NCBI GenBank assembly: GCA_045579605.1 | Contig: JAZNMM010000126.1 | Location: 936 to 64,935 of the forward strand | Direction: 5' to 3' | Length of the DNA stretch: 64,000 nucleotides | From: Lawsonibacter sp. | GTDB taxonomy: Bacteria; Bacillota; Clostridia; Oscillospirales; Oscillospiraceae | Shown here: positions 19,924 through 29,672 of the stretch, piece by piece | Layout: each line of letters starts with the position of its first letter | How positions within the stretch are numbered: position 1 is the first letter of the stretch | Notes under the pieces: generated by a model | The model's database searches: none | Told to the model about the DNA's origin: nothing | What the model saw: only the letters and a program-made list of their open reading frames with translations | Translations under genes and position numbers: made by a program

Positions 19924-20637
19924 ATGGAAGAACGGCTGCAAAAGCTGCTGGCTGCCCGTGGCATGGGCTCCCGCCGTGCCATGGAGTTGTGGATCGAGCA
20001 GGGGAGAGTGTCTGTTAACGGTCAAATCGCTGCGCTGGGGGACAAGGCAGACCCGGAGCAGGACGAGATCCGGGTGGATGGTCAGCCCCTTGCCCGTGCG
20101 GAGCACAGAGTATACCTGATGCTCAATAAGCCCCGGGGTTATGTGACTACGCTTTGCGATGAACGAGGGCGCAAAACAGTGGCTGAGCTTGTAGCCGGCT
20201 GTGGGAGACGGGTCTTTCCCGTGGGCCGGTTGGACCTGGATTCGGAGGGGTTGCTGCTGCTTACTGATGACGGTGAACTTACTCAGCAGCTGATCCACCC
20301 CAGCCATCAGGTGGAAAAGGAATATCTGGTCTGGGTAACAGGTGATATTAAAAAAGGGATTCCCGTTCTGTCCGGTCCCATGGAGTTGGATGGGGAGCCT
20401 CTCGCTCCGGCAAGAGTGAGCCGGGGACGCACCAGCGGCGGAGTGACACAATTGAGTGTGACCATTCACCAGGGGAAGAACCGGCAGGTGCGCCGCATGT
20501 GTGCCAAGGCGGGATTAAATGTGGTGCGGCTCAAGCGAATTCGTGAGGGCAATGTTGCGCTGGACCGCACGCTGCGTCCCGGACAGTGGCGGGAGCTTAC
20601 CACAGAGGAGCTTACGTTGTTGAAGAACGATTATTAA
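19924..20637 (+). CDS. rluB: 23S rRNA pseudouridine synthase RluB family
   Basis: S4 domain ERLQK.LA, NKPRG, PVGRLD.DSEGLLLLT.DG, GKNRQVRRM. Confidence 0.9.
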   Translation: MEERLQKLLAARGMGSRRAMELWIEQGRVSVNGQIAALGDKADPEQDEIRVDGQPLARAEHRVYLMLNKPRGYVTTLCDERGRKTVAELVAGCGRRVFPVGRLDLDSEGLLLLTDDGELTQQLIHPSHQVEKEYLVWVTGDIKKGIPVLSGPMELDGEPLAPARVSRGRTSGGVTQLSVTIHQGKNRQVRRMCAKAGLNVVRLKRIREGNVALDRTLRPGQWRELTTEELTLLKNDY

Positions 20638-20680
20638 AGGCGGTTTTTGCAGGATTTGAAATTATTCCTGCAAAAACCGC

Positions 20681-20709
20681 TTGCTTTTCCCGGTAAGTCG
20701 CGTTATGAT
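20681..20709 (+). promoter_or_regulatory. SigA promoter
   Basis: TTGCTT-N17-TATGAT. Confidence 0.65.
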
Positions 20710-20760
20710 AGAGCAAATTGAGTTTTTTCGCCAATTGGCGTGTTTAGAGGGGTGACAACC

Positions 20761-21627
20761 ATGAATCGTGATATTCTTTCCCTGATCCGAGAGAATATGA
20801 GTTCCTTCTCCAAAGGACAAAAGCGCATCGCGGCCTTTATTCTGGAATCCTATGACAAGGCGGCATTTATGACTGCCAGCAAGCTGGGCCAGACGGTCAA
20901 TGTCAGCGAATCCACCGTGGTCCGCTTTGCCGCGGAGCTTGGCTACGACGGCTATCCCAGCATGCAGCGCTCCCTGCAGAAAATGATTCGCAGCCGGCTG
21001 ACCTCGGTGCAGCGCATTGAAATGGCCAACGATCAGATGGGCGATGATGTGCTTACCAGCGTACTGCGTTCCGATGTTGCCATGATCCGTTCCACTCTGG
21101 AGGAACTTGATCCCGCACGCTTCAACAGTGCGGTGGACTCCATTTTGCAGGCGAAGAACATCTACATAATGGGCGTGCGTTCCTCTTCGGCCCTTTCCCG
21201 TTTTCTGGCCTTCCATTTCAATCTGATTTTTGACAATGTGCGCGAGGTCAGTGCCAACACCACCAGTGAGATTTTTGAGCAGATCCTGCGCGTGGGCGAG
21301 GGGGACGTGGTCATCGGCGTGTGCTTCCCCCGTTATTCCAGCCGCACGGTAAAGGCACTGCACTATGCCCGGGACCGGGGCGCCAAAGTGATTGCCATTA
21401 CCGACAGCGAGGCGTCCCCCATTGCGGAAAAGGCACACATTACGCTTACCGCAAAGAGCGATATGATTTCCTTTGTGGATTCTCTGGTTGCCCCGCTGAG
21501 CCTGATCAATGCGCTGATCGTGGCCATCAGTCAAAAGCGCAATCAGGACGTTGCCAACATCTTTCAGCATTTGGAGACCATTTGGGACGAATACGATGTA
21601 TACGAGAAGACCGAGCCCATTTCCTGA
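20761..21627 (+). CDS. MurR/RpiR family transcriptional regulator
   Basis: SKGQKRIA, VSESTVVRFA..LGYDGY HTH, SIS domain. Confidence 0.95.
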   Translation: MNRDILSLIRENMSSFSKGQKRIAAFILESYDKAAFMTASKLGQTVNVSESTVVRFAAELGYDGYPSMQRSLQKMIRSRLTSVQRIEMANDQMGDDVLTSVLRSDVAMIRSTLEELDPARFNSAVDSILQAKNIYIMGVRSSSALSRFLAFHFNLIFDNVREVSANTTSEIFEQILRVGEGDVVIGVCFPRYSSRTVKALHYARDRGAKVIAITDSEASPIAEKAHITLTAKSDMISFVDSLVAPLSLINALIVAISQKRNQDVANIFQHLETIWDEYDVYEKTEPIS

Positions 21628-21681
21628 CAACCACACGCTCCCGGGGCCTGCTGCTCCGGGAGCTTATTTGGGAGAATTACT

Positions 21682-22929
21682 ATGAACGACCCACAAGTTA
21701 TCGTCATCGGTGGAGGTGCGGCCGGAATGCTGGCTGCCTGCACCGCTGCCCGGAACGGCGCCCGCGTTACCGTGCTGGAGCGCAATCCCAAGCTGGGCCG
21801 CAAACTGTATATCACCGGAAAGGGGCGGTGCAATCTGACCAACCGCTGTTCGGTGCAGGAGGTATTGGCCAACACGCCGGGAAACGGACGCTTTCTGACC
21901 GGCGCACTGCACCGTCTGCCGCCTCAGGCGGTTATGGAACTGTTTGAAGCGCTGGGCGTTCCTCTGAAGACGGAACGGGGCAATCGGGTCTTTCCTGTCT
22001 CGGACCGTGCAGCGGACATCATCGACGCGCTGGTGGCGGAACTGCGTCGATGCAGGGTGAATGTTGTTCAGGACCGTGCTGTGGAGATTCTGTGTGAAGA
22101 TGATTGTGTGACCGGCGTAAGAGGTGAGTGTGGTACCTACTCCTGTGGAGCAGTGGTGCTGGCTACCGGCGGCGCCTCCTATCCGCTGACCGGCTCCACC
22201 GGCGACGGCTACGATATGGCACGGGCCCTGGGCCACACCATCGTAGAGCCAAGACCGTCCCTTGTCCCCTTGGAGACAGAAGAGGATTTTTGTGCGCAGA
22301 TGCAGGGATTGTCCCTGAAAAATGTCACACTGAAGGTAAAGAACAGCAAGAAAAAAGTGGTTTATGAGGAGCAGGGTGAGATGCTCTTTACCCATTTCGG
22401 GATTTCCGGACCTTTGGTACTCAGTGCCAGCGCCTGTATGCGTGAAATGGGCAAAGAGCAATACGTAGCCCACATTGATCTCAAGCCCGCGCTGGACGAG
22501 CAGAAACTGGACGCCCGGCTGGTTCGGGAGTTCTCCGAACGGGCCAATCAGGACTTTCAAAATATTCTGGGCGGACTGGTGCCCAGACTGATGGTGCCGG
22601 TCATGGTGTCACTTACCGCCATTCCGGGAACGACAAAAGGGCACGAGATCACCCGGAATCAGCGCCGCCGACTGCTGGAGACCCTGAAGGACCTGACCAT
22701 TCACATTACCCGCCCCCGTCCGCTGTCCGATGCCATTGTCACGGCAGGTGGAGTGAAGGTGAGCGAGATCGATCCCAAGACCATGGAGTCCAAGCGCGTA
22801 TCCGGACTGTTTTTCGCCGGAGAGGTGATGGATGTGGATGCATATACTGGCGGCTTTAACCTGCAGATCGCGTGGGCGACCGGCCGGACTGCAGGGGAGA
22901 GCGCCGCACGATTTATTCTGGAAGAATGA
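21682..22929 (+). CDS. HI0933/YtfP family flavoprotein oxidoreductase
   Basis: GGGAAGM, GRKL.ITGKGRCN.TN, ATGG.SYP.TGSTGDG, TGGFNLQ. Confidence 0.95.
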   Translation: MNDPQVIVIGGGAAGMLAACTAARNGARVTVLERNPKLGRKLYITGKGRCNLTNRCSVQEVLANTPGNGRFLTGALHRLPPQAVMELFEALGVPLKTERGNRVFPVSDRAADIIDALVAELRRCRVNVVQDRAVEILCEDDCVTGVRGECGTYSCGAVVLATGGASYPLTGSTGDGYDMARALGHTIVEPRPSLVPLETEEDFCAQMQGLSLKNVTLKVKNSKKKVVYEEQGEMLFTHFGISGPLVLSASACMREMGKEQYVAHIDLKPALDEQKLDARLVREFSERANQDFQNILGGLVPRLMVPVMVSLTAIPGTTKGHEITRNQRRRLLETLKDLTIHITRPRPLSDAIVTAGGVKVSEIDPKTMESKRVSGLFFAGEVMDVDAYTGGFNLQIAWATGRTAGESAARFILEE

Positions 22930-22938
22930 GGTGGAAAC

Positions 22939-23613
22939 ATGAACTATATCAGCGTTGCCATTGACGGACCGTCCGGCGCAGGCAAAAGCACCCTTGCCCG
23001 GCAGGCAGCAAAGGAGCTGGGCTTTCTCTATGTGGATACCGGTGCCATCTATCGCACCGTGGCCCTGAGCGCGGTGCGCGCGGGCATTGAGCCCGGAGAC
23101 GCCCGGCAGCTGATCCCCACACTGGCAGGACTGGACATTCGACTGGGTTACGGGGAAGACGGGGAGCAGCGCATGTACCTCAACGGAGAGGATGTTTCCC
23201 GTGCCATCCGCGAGCACGCGATCTCCCAACACGCCTCCACCGTGTCCGCCATTCCCGAGGTGCGGGCTTTTCTGCTGGAACTGCAGCGTGAGCTTGCCCG
23301 CAACAACAACGTGATCATGGACGGTCGCGACATCGGTACGGTTGTGCTGCCCCATGCACAGGTCAAGCTGTTTCTTACCGCGGCACCCGAAGCCAGAGCC
23401 AAGCGCCGCCATCTGGAGTTGTGTCAGCGCGGGCAGAATACCGCCTTTGAGACGGTGCTGCAGGATATTATCCGCCGGGACGAGCAGGACACCAACCGCG
23501 CCATCGCGCCCCTGCGGCAGGCGGAGGATGCCGTTTTGGTGGATACCACCCATCTGGATTTGGAGCAGAGCCTGCAGGCCATTCTGCTTGCCATAAAGGA
23601 GAAAATCAAATGA
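22939..23613 (+). CDS. cmk: Cytidylate kinase
   Basis: AIDGPSGAGKST, DTGAIYR, MDGRDIGTVV. Confidence 0.98.
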   Translation: MNYISVAIDGPSGAGKSTLARQAAKELGFLYVDTGAIYRTVALSAVRAGIEPGDARQLIPTLAGLDIRLGYGEDGEQRMYLNGEDVSRAIREHAISQHASTVSAIPEVRAFLLELQRELARNNNVIMDGRDIGTVVLPHAQVKLFLTAAPEARAKRRHLELCQRGQNTAFETVLQDIIRRDEQDTNRAIAPLRQAEDAVLVDTTHLDLEQSLQAILLAIKEKIK

Positions 23614-24209
23614 ACACCGATCGTGTTTACCACCTGATTTACGCCCTGATCTATCCTTTTTTCAACCTGTTTCACCCGGTCAGGGCCGTTGGTCGGGAAA
23701 ATATACCTGAGGGGGCGGCGGTGATCTGCCCCAACCATACCAGCGCGTCTGACCCGTTTTTTGCTGTGTTTGCCTTCCGCCGCGGTCATGTGATGCGTGC
23801 CATGGCAAAAAAAGAGGTCCTGAACATTCCCGTGATCGGCTGGATCCTTGGCAAAGCGGGCGTGTTTGGTGTTGAACGCGGCACGGCGGACATCGGCGCG
23901 GTGAAGACCGCCCTGCGTGTGCTGAAGGAAGGGCGTAAGCTGCTCATGTTTCCCGAGGGTACCCGCGTGGGTGAGGGAGAGAATGTGGAGGCGAAGACGG
24001 GGGCGGCTATGTTTGCGGTGCGCACCGGTGCGCCCATCGTACCCGTGTATATCCCAGCAAAGAAGCGTTGGTTCCGGCCCACTACTGTGGTGATCGGCCA
24101 GCCTTTCGCACCTCAGGTGGAGAGCCGAAAGGGCACCTCGGAGGAGTTTCACGCCATCGCCGCCGATCTGATGGAGCGCATCCGCGCTCTTGAGGAGGGC
24201 GCAAAATGA
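23610..24209 (+). CDS. plsC: 1-acyl-sn-glycerol-3-phosphate acyltransferase
   Basis: NHTSASD (HxxxxD), FPEGTR. Confidence 0.92.
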   Translation: MNTDRVYHLIYALIYPFFNLFHPVRAVGRENIPEGAAVICPNHTSASDPFFAVFAFRRGHVMRAMAKKEVLNIPVIGWILGKAGVFGVERGTADIGAVKTALRVLKEGRKLLMFPEGTRVGEGENVEAKTGAAMFAVRTGAPIVPVYIPAKKRWFRPTTVVIGQPFAPQVESRKGTSEEFHAIAADLMERIRALEEGAK

Positions 24210-26164
24210 AACTGACTCTTGCCCGCTCTGCCGGCTTTTGTTACGGTGTGCGCCGGGCGGTAGAACTGGCTGATAAAACAGCCCGGTCAGGCCGGCCCTG
24301 CGTTATCCTGGGCTCTATCGTGCACAACATGGACGTAGTGGATCATCTGGCGCGGCAGGGCCTGCGCAGCGTGGATTCGGTGGACCAGGTGCCGGAGGGC
24401 AGCGCTGTTATCATTCGTTCTCACGGAGAAGGGCGCGGGGTGTATGAGCAGCTTCGTGCCCGGGGCGTGGATATTTTGGAGGCCACCTGCCCCAGCGTCA
24501 AGCGCATCCATGACCTTGTGGTTGCTGCGGAAGAAGAGGGGCGTCTGCCGGTCATCATCGGCACACCCGACCATCCGGAAGTGCTGGCCATTGCGGGCTG
24601 GTGCCGCCAGCCGGTGGTGCTGGAGGACGCACAGGCGCTGTACAATTGGCTGAAAGATGACCCTGCCCGGCGGGAATATCCCCTGAGCTTTGTTTCCCAA
24701 ACCACATCCACCAGAAAGATTTGGGATGATTGCGTAGAAATTGCAAAAAAAGTGTGTACAAATGCAAAATTTTTTGATACAATATGCGGTGCAACATCGA
24801 AACGGCAGGAGGAAGCTCAGCAGCTGGCGGCCCAAAGCGATGCCATGGTGGTCATTGGAGATCGGAAAAGCTCCAACACCAAGCGCCTTGCCCAACTGTG
24901 CCGGCAGCTTTGTCCCATGGTGCGCCTGATTGAACGGGCGGACGATCTGGACGTGAGTGAATTTCAGGGTCTTTCCAATGTTGGCATCACTGCGGGTGCA
25001 TCTACGCCCGAGTGGATAATAAAGGAGGTCTATGACAAAATGAGCGAAGAAATTATGGAGATCGAAAAATCCTTTGCAGAGCTGCTGGAGGAGTCGATCA
25101 AAACTGTAAATACGGGGGATAAGGTTACGGGTATCGTCGTGGCTATCACGCCGACCGAGATCCAGGTGGATCTGGGCATTAAGTACCCCGGTTACATTCA
25201 TGTTGATGAGTTTTCCGACGATCCCAACGTCAAGATCGAGGAGCTGGTCAAGGTCGGCGACGAGATCGAGAGTTATGTGATGCTGGTCAGCGACCGCGAT
25301 TGCCTGGTGAAGCTGTCCAAGAAGCGTCTGGACATGGTCAAGAGCTGGGACGTGGTGGAGGCCGCCTGCGAGGACGGCTCCGTTGTGGAAGGCGTTGTCA
25401 CCGAGGACAACAAGGGCGGCGTGGTCGTCTCCGTCAAGGGCGTTCGTGTGTTCGTCCCTGCTTCCCAGACCGGCCTACCCCGCGAGGCCGAGATGGCTCA
25501 GCTGATCAAGCAGAACGTGCGTCTGATGATCACCGAGGTCAACCGTGCCCGCCGCCGTGTGGTGGGTTCCATCAGCAAGGTGACTCGCGCTGAGCGCGCT
25601 GCTGCCGCGGAGAAGGTTTGGGCCGAGATCGAGGACGGTAAGCGCTACAGCGGCGTTGTCAAGTCCCTGACCTCCTATGGTGCCTTTGTGGACATCGGCG
25701 GCGTGGACGGCATGGTCCACATCTCCGAGCTGTCCTGGAGCCGCATCAAGCACCCCTCTGAGGCGGTGTCCGTTGGCGACGCTGTTGAGGTGTACGTCAT
25801 TTCCGCCGACAAGGAGAAGAAGAAGATCTCCCTGGGCATGAAGGACCATTCCGAGGACCCCTGGACCAAGTTCACCACCACCTATGAGGTGGGCAGCGTG
25901 GCTCAGGTGAAGGTGGTCAAGCTGATGACCTTCGGTGCCTTTGCCGAGATCATTCCCGGTGTTGACGGCCTGATCCACATCTCCCAGATCGCTGATCGCC
26001 GCATCGAGAAGCCCGGCGACGTGCTGGCTGAGGGTCAGGTGGTCGAGGCCAAGGTCACCGATATCGACATGGAGAACAAGAAGGTCTCTCTGTCCATTCG
26101 CGCTCTGCTTGAGGCCGCTCCCGCCGAGGAGGAGGCCCCTGCCGAGGAGGACGCTGAGGCCTGA
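24206..26164 (+). CDS. ispH: Bifunctional HMBPP reductase IspH / ribosomal protein S1 fusion
   Basis: AGFC.GV.RA, HN, RSHG, ATCP, SQTT, DTIC.AT..RQ, SSNT, GITAGASTP followed by four S1 repeats. Confidence 0.97.
   Translation: MKLTLARSAGFCYGVRRAVELADKTARSGRPCVILGSIVHNMDVVDHLARQGLRSVDSVDQVPEGSAVIIRSHGEGRGVYEQLRARGVDILEATCPSVKRIHDLVVAAEEEGRLPVIIGTPDHPEVLAIAGWCRQPVVLEDAQALYNWLKDDPARREYPLSFVSQTTSTRKIWDDCVEIAKKVCTNAKFFDTICGATSKRQEEAQQLAAQSDAMVVIGDRKSSNTKRLAQLCRQLCPMVRLIERADDLDVSEFQGLSNVGITAGASTPEWIIKEVYDKMSEEIMEIEKSFAELLEESIKTVNTGDKVTGIVVAITPTEIQVDLGIKYPGYIHVDEFSDDPNVKIEELVKVGDEIESYVMLVSDRDCLVKLSKKRLDMVKSWDVVEAACEDGSVVEGVVTEDNKGGVVVSVKGVRVFVPASQTGLPREAEMAQLIKQNVRLMITEVNRARRRVVGSISKVTRAERAAAAEKVWAEIEDGKRYSGVVKSLTSYGAFVDIGGVDGMVHISELSWSRIKHPSEAVSVGDAVEVYVISADKEKKKISLGMKDHSEDPWTKFTTTYEVGSVAQVKVVKLMTFGAFAEIIPGVDGLIHISQIADRRIEKPGDVLAEGQVVEAKVTDIDMENKKVSLSIRALLEAAPAEEEAPAEEDAEA
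24755..24783 (+). promoter_or_regulatory. Putative intragenic SigA promoter for the S1 half
   Basis: TGTACA-N17-TACAAT with extended TG, in an AT-rich patch of ispH. Confidence 0.55.
25040..26164 (+). CDS. rpsA: Internal in-frame start for stand-alone ribosomal protein S1 (MSEEIMEIEK...)
   Basis: SD AAGGAGGT 25022-25029; ATG 25040 in frame with ispH; codon bias shifts to ribosomal-protein style. Confidence 0.6.
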   Translation: MSEEIMEIEKSFAELLEESIKTVNTGDKVTGIVVAITPTEIQVDLGIKYPGYIHVDEFSDDPNVKIEELVKVGDEIESYVMLVSDRDCLVKLSKKRLDMVKSWDVVEAACEDGSVVEGVVTEDNKGGVVVSVKGVRVFVPASQTGLPREAEMAQLIKQNVRLMITEVNRARRRVVGSISKVTRAERAAAAEKVWAEIEDGKRYSGVVKSLTSYGAFVDIGGVDGMVHISELSWSRIKHPSEAVSVGDAVEVYVISADKEKKKISLGMKDHSEDPWTKFTTTYEVGSVAQVKVVKLMTFGAFAEIIPGVDGLIHISQIADRRIEKPGDVLAEGQVVEAKVTDIDMENKKVSLSIRALLEAAPAEEEAPAEEDAEA

Positions 26165-26186
26165 GCCTTTGCAATTTAATCAATCT

Positions 26187-26220
26187 GACCGGGCGCCGAA
26201 GGTTTCGGCGCCCGGTTTTT
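26187..26220 (+). terminator. Terminator after ispH-rpsA
   Basis: ACCGGGCGCCGAA/TTCGGCGCCCGGT + T tract. Confidence 0.9.
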
Positions 26221-26250
26221 GCTGTCTGTTAAAAAAATGGAAAAGAATTC

Positions 26251-26279
26251 TTGCTGAACCCGGAATTCTGTGATATAAT
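26251..26279 (+). promoter_or_regulatory. SigA promoter of carD
   Basis: TTGCTG-N17-TATAAT with extended TG. Confidence 0.75.
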
Positions 26280-26331
26280 TCTATGGGAAAGTTCTTCCAT
26301 TTAACATTGTGAACAGCGGGAGGTGAAGACC

Positions 26332-26808
26332 ATGTTTCGCCAGGGCGACAAGATCGTTCATCCCATGCACGGCGCCGGTGTTGTAGAGCGCGTCGTCCAG
26401 CAGAAGATCAACGGCGTGATGCGGGATTACTATGTCCTGAAGCTGCCTGTGCGTTCCATGGTCGTTATGATCCCCACCCACAACTGCACAGAGATCGGCG
26501 TGCGTCCGGTTATGGATGCGGACCAGGCTGAGCGTCTGCTGTGCGATTTGCCCAACATTGAAGTGGACATGGAACAGAACTGGACCCGCCGCTACCGGGA
26601 GAATATGGAGCGGTTGAAAAGCGGCGACCTGATGCAGGTGGCCCAGGTTATAAAGTCCCTGCTGCAGCGTGATGCGCAGCGCGGACTGTCCACCGGAGAG
26701 AGAAAAATGCTCCATTCCGCAAAGGAGATCCTGATCTCTGAGGTGGTCCTTGCCCAGAGCGTGGAGTATGAAGCGGTGGAAGCCCGTATAACTCAGGCTC
26801 TTGCTTAA
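26332..26808 (+). CDS. carD: CarD family transcriptional regulator
   Basis: F..GDKIVHPMHGAG, W.RRYREN.E.LKSGD, LSTGERKML. Confidence 0.95.
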   Translation: MFRQGDKIVHPMHGAGVVERVVQQKINGVMRDYYVLKLPVRSMVVMIPTHNCTEIGVRPVMDADQAERLLCDLPNIEVDMEQNWTRRYRENMERLKSGDLMQVAQVIKSLLQRDAQRGLSTGERKMLHSAKEILISEVVLAQSVEYEAVEARITQALA

Positions 26809-26880
26809 TAAAATAGCCGTGGACACTTTGTCCACGAGAAAAGGAGCCTTATGGCTCCTTTTTTGCAGGAGGTTGTAACT

Positions 26881-27615
26881 ATGAGTGAGCGTTTCCGCCT
26901 GTTTGGCCGCAAGCGGTCCAGACCGGTGTGGTCAGTGGTGGTGGTGGCAGCCGGAACGGCCAGCCGCATGCAGGGGATCGACAAGATCCTTGCCCCGTTG
27001 GGTGACATGCCCATTCTTGCCCGCACTCTACAGGTGTTTGAGCGGTGTGCATCGGTGAGCGAGGTGGTCGTTGTCACCCGGGAAGATCTGTTGGTGGACA
27101 TCAGCAGACTGTGTAAGGACTATAGTTTTGACAAGGTAACAAAAGTGGTGGTGGGTGGTGCCGAGCGCATGCTCTCTGTGCGGGCGGGCCTGCGCCAGGT
27201 CCGTGCGGACGCTGAGCTGATCGCCATTCACGATGGTGCGCGGCCGTTTTTGACGCAAACGGTGCTTGATCAGGTCCTGGAGCAGGCTGCGGCATCGGGC
27301 GCGGCCGCCCCGGCCATTCCTCTCAACGACACCATAAAGCGCGCTGTGAACGGCATCGTGGAAGAAACCGTGGATCGGAGTGTTCTATGGTCGGTGCAGA
27401 CACCACAGGTATTTCAGGCAGACCTGATCCGCGCCGCAGTAGAGCAAGCCGCGGAACAGGGCATACAGGTGACAGACGACTGCTCTGTGGTAGAGCAGCT
27501 GGGCATGAAAGTGGTCCTCACCCCGGGAGACCGGGAAAACATCAAGGTGACCACCCCGTTTGATCTGGTCCTTGGTCAGGCCATTCTGGATTTGAGACAG
27601 GAGGAGGGGCGATGA
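26881..27615 (+). CDS. ispD: MEP cytidylyltransferase
   Basis: AAG.ASRM, GGAER..SV..GL, IHDGARP, VQTPQ.F, TDD, NIKVTT. Confidence 0.97.
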   Translation: MSERFRLFGRKRSRPVWSVVVVAAGTASRMQGIDKILAPLGDMPILARTLQVFERCASVSEVVVVTREDLLVDISRLCKDYSFDKVTKVVVGGAERMLSVRAGLRQVRADAELIAIHDGARPFLTQTVLDQVLEQAAASGAAAPAIPLNDTIKRAVNGIVEETVDRSVLWSVQTPQVFQADLIRAAVEQAAEQGIQVTDDCSVVEQLGMKVVLTPGDRENIKVTTPFDLVLGQAILDLRQEEGR

Positions 27616-28088
27616 TGCGAATTGGACACGGCTACGATGTGCACCGGTTGGTGGAGGACCGTCGGCTGATTTTGGGTGGTGTGGATATCCCCTATGAGCG
27701 CGGACTGCTGGGCCATTCTGACGCCGACGTGCTCACACACGCGGTGATGGACGCGCTTCTTGGTGCTGCGGGTTTAGGGGATATCGGACAGCATTTTCCG
27801 GACACCGACTCAAATTACAAAGGAGCAGACAGTCTGAAACTCCTGGATCATGTGGTGGAACTGCTTGGACAGCGGGGCTGGCGGGTGGGAAATGTGGACG
27901 CTACCGTGATCGCCCAGCGTCCAAAGCTTGCCGGATTTATCCCTCATATGCGCACCAATCTTGCCGCACACATGGGCGTGGATGAGGGGCAGGTCAACGT
28001 GAAGGCCACCACCGAGGAAAAACTGGGTTTTACCGGCGCGGGAGACGGAATTGCGGCCCACGCGGTGGCCCTGCTGGAACAAATATAA
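27612..28088 (+). CDS. ispF: MEcPP synthase
   Basis: [33 protein letters not shown]. Confidence 0.98.
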   Translation: MMRIGHGYDVHRLVEDRRLILGGVDIPYERGLLGHSDADVLTHAVMDALLGAAGLGDIGQHFPDTDSNYKGADSLKLLDHVVELLGQRGWRVGNVDATVIAQRPKLAGFIPHMRTNLAAHMGVDEGQVNVKATTEEKLGFTGAGDGIAAHAVALLEQI

Positions 28089-28097
28089 TAACATCTG

Positions 28098-28135
28098 CAA
28101 AAACGGACGGGACAGGTTCCCGTCCGTTTTTGTTT
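28098..28135 (+). terminator. Terminator after ispF
   Basis: CAAAAACGGACGGGA/TCCCGTCCGTTTTTG. Confidence 0.88.
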
Positions 28136-28198
28136 CCTTTGGGAGCAGGTACGCATATAGTAGCTGTGGGGGAGTAACTTGGGAAGGGGGAGATCAAT

Positions 28199-28453
28199 AT
28201 GCCCTACTACCTCATTACCAGCCGCTCGCTGACCTATGCTCAACGCACCGCCCGGGCCCTTGAGCGGGCGGGGATCACCGCACAGGTACAGCGCGCTCCC
28301 GCCCAGATCGCGGGAGAGGGGTGCGGCTATTGCGTGCGTGTGTCCCGCCGCACGCTGTCCGACGCAGCCCACCAGCTCCAGGCGGCAGGACTGCCGATCA
28401 GGCACGTTTATGCTGTGGAACCGGACGAAACCTTGCGGGAGGTATTTCTATGA
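28199..28453 (+). CDS. DUF3343 family small protein (putative S/Se carrier)
   Basis: 84 aa, S.T.A..A...L, P..I...GCG motif; coupled (ATGA) to the desulfurase. Confidence 0.8.
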   Translation: MPYYLITSRSLTYAQRTARALERAGITAQVQRAPAQIAGEGCGYCVRVSRRTLSDAAHQLQAAGLPIRHVYAVEPDETLREVFL

Positions 28454-29577
28454 TTTATCTGGATAGTGCGGCTACAACCCTGCAAAAACCGGGTGATGTA
28501 CCGCACGCCGTTTTGTGCGCTATGAACTATGCCGCCAGCCCCGGAAGGGGAGGGCATAAGGCGGCACAGCACGCGTCCAACATCCTGTACGAATGCCGGG
28601 AAGTCGCGGCCGACCTGTTTGGAGTACCCAACCCCGAACAGATAGTGTTCACCATGAATGCCACCCACGGGATCAATCTGGCCATCCACTCTCTGGTGCG
28701 CCCGGGGGATACAGTAGTCATTTCAGGATATGAACACAACGCGGTTACCCGCCCTCTGTACGCAATGGACGGTGTGACCGTCCAAATTGCCCAGGCGCCT
28801 CTTTTTCGGCCAGACGCCATGCTGGAGGAAATGGAATGGAGGATCAGACAGGGGGCCCGGGCGGTTGTGTGCACCCATGTGTCAAACGTATTTGGGTATA
28901 TTCTGCCCATAGACGACATCGCCCGGCTGTGCCGCCGGCAGGGGGTGCCGCTGATCGTGGATGCATCCCAGTCCGCCGGCTGTATTAATGTGGATATGAA
29001 CCGCTGGCAGGCGGCCTTTGTTGCCATGCCCGGTCATAAAGGACTTTACGGACCACAGGGAACGGGCCTGCTGCTGTGTAATGCACCGGTCAGTCCGCTT
29101 ATCTTCGGCGGCACCGGAAGCCATTCTCTGAAACAGACCATGCCGGATTTTCTGCCCGACCGGTTGGAGGCGGGGACACACAACACCTCCGGTATTGCCG
29201 GTCTTCTGGCTGGTTTGCGCTTTGTCCGCAGGGTGGGGGTAGAGCGCATCGGCGCACACGAATGGCGGCTTGTTCGGATGATGGCCCGCCAGCTGCGCAA
29301 AATTCCGGGCGTGGAGGTATTTTCAGCGCCGGAGACGGCGGACTGTCAAAGCGGCGTACTGAGCCTGCGGGTGCAGGGAAAAGATCAGGAGCAGATCGGA
29401 AATCGGCTGGCTGAGATGGGCATCGCCGTACGCACAGGACTGCACTGCGCACCCCTGGCGCACCGGACGGCGGGAACACTGCCCGGGGGAACGATCCGGG
29501 CCAGCGTTAGTGCCTTTAGCACACCGGAGCATGTGCGGTACTTCTGTCGGGCCATGCGAGTGCTGGCGGCTGGGTAA
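28450..29577 (+). CDS. Cysteine desulfurase / selenocysteine lyase family (class V PLP)
   Basis: IYLDSAATT, EHNAV, DASQ, GHK.LYGPQG.G, EAGT, RTGLHCAPLAH. Confidence 0.93.
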   Translation: MIYLDSAATTLQKPGDVPHAVLCAMNYAASPGRGGHKAAQHASNILYECREVAADLFGVPNPEQIVFTMNATHGINLAIHSLVRPGDTVVISGYEHNAVTRPLYAMDGVTVQIAQAPLFRPDAMLEEMEWRIRQGARAVVCTHVSNVFGYILPIDDIARLCRRQGVPLIVDASQSAGCINVDMNRWQAAFVAMPGHKGLYGPQGTGLLLCNAPVSPLIFGGTGSHSLKQTMPDFLPDRLEAGTHNTSGIAGLLAGLRFVRRVGVERIGAHEWRLVRMMARQLRKIPGVEVFSAPETADCQSGVLSLRVQGKDQEQIGNRLAEMGIAVRTGLHCAPLAHRTAGTLPGGTIRASVSAFSTPEHVRYFCRAMRVLAAG

Positions 29578-29672
29578 CGACCGTCTGACGGCGCACGCAA
29601 TCTGCCGGATATCTATTGTTCAAAATAGGGAAGAGAAGAAAAAATTTTGCCTGTCTTTCCGTCCTGTTTGGG

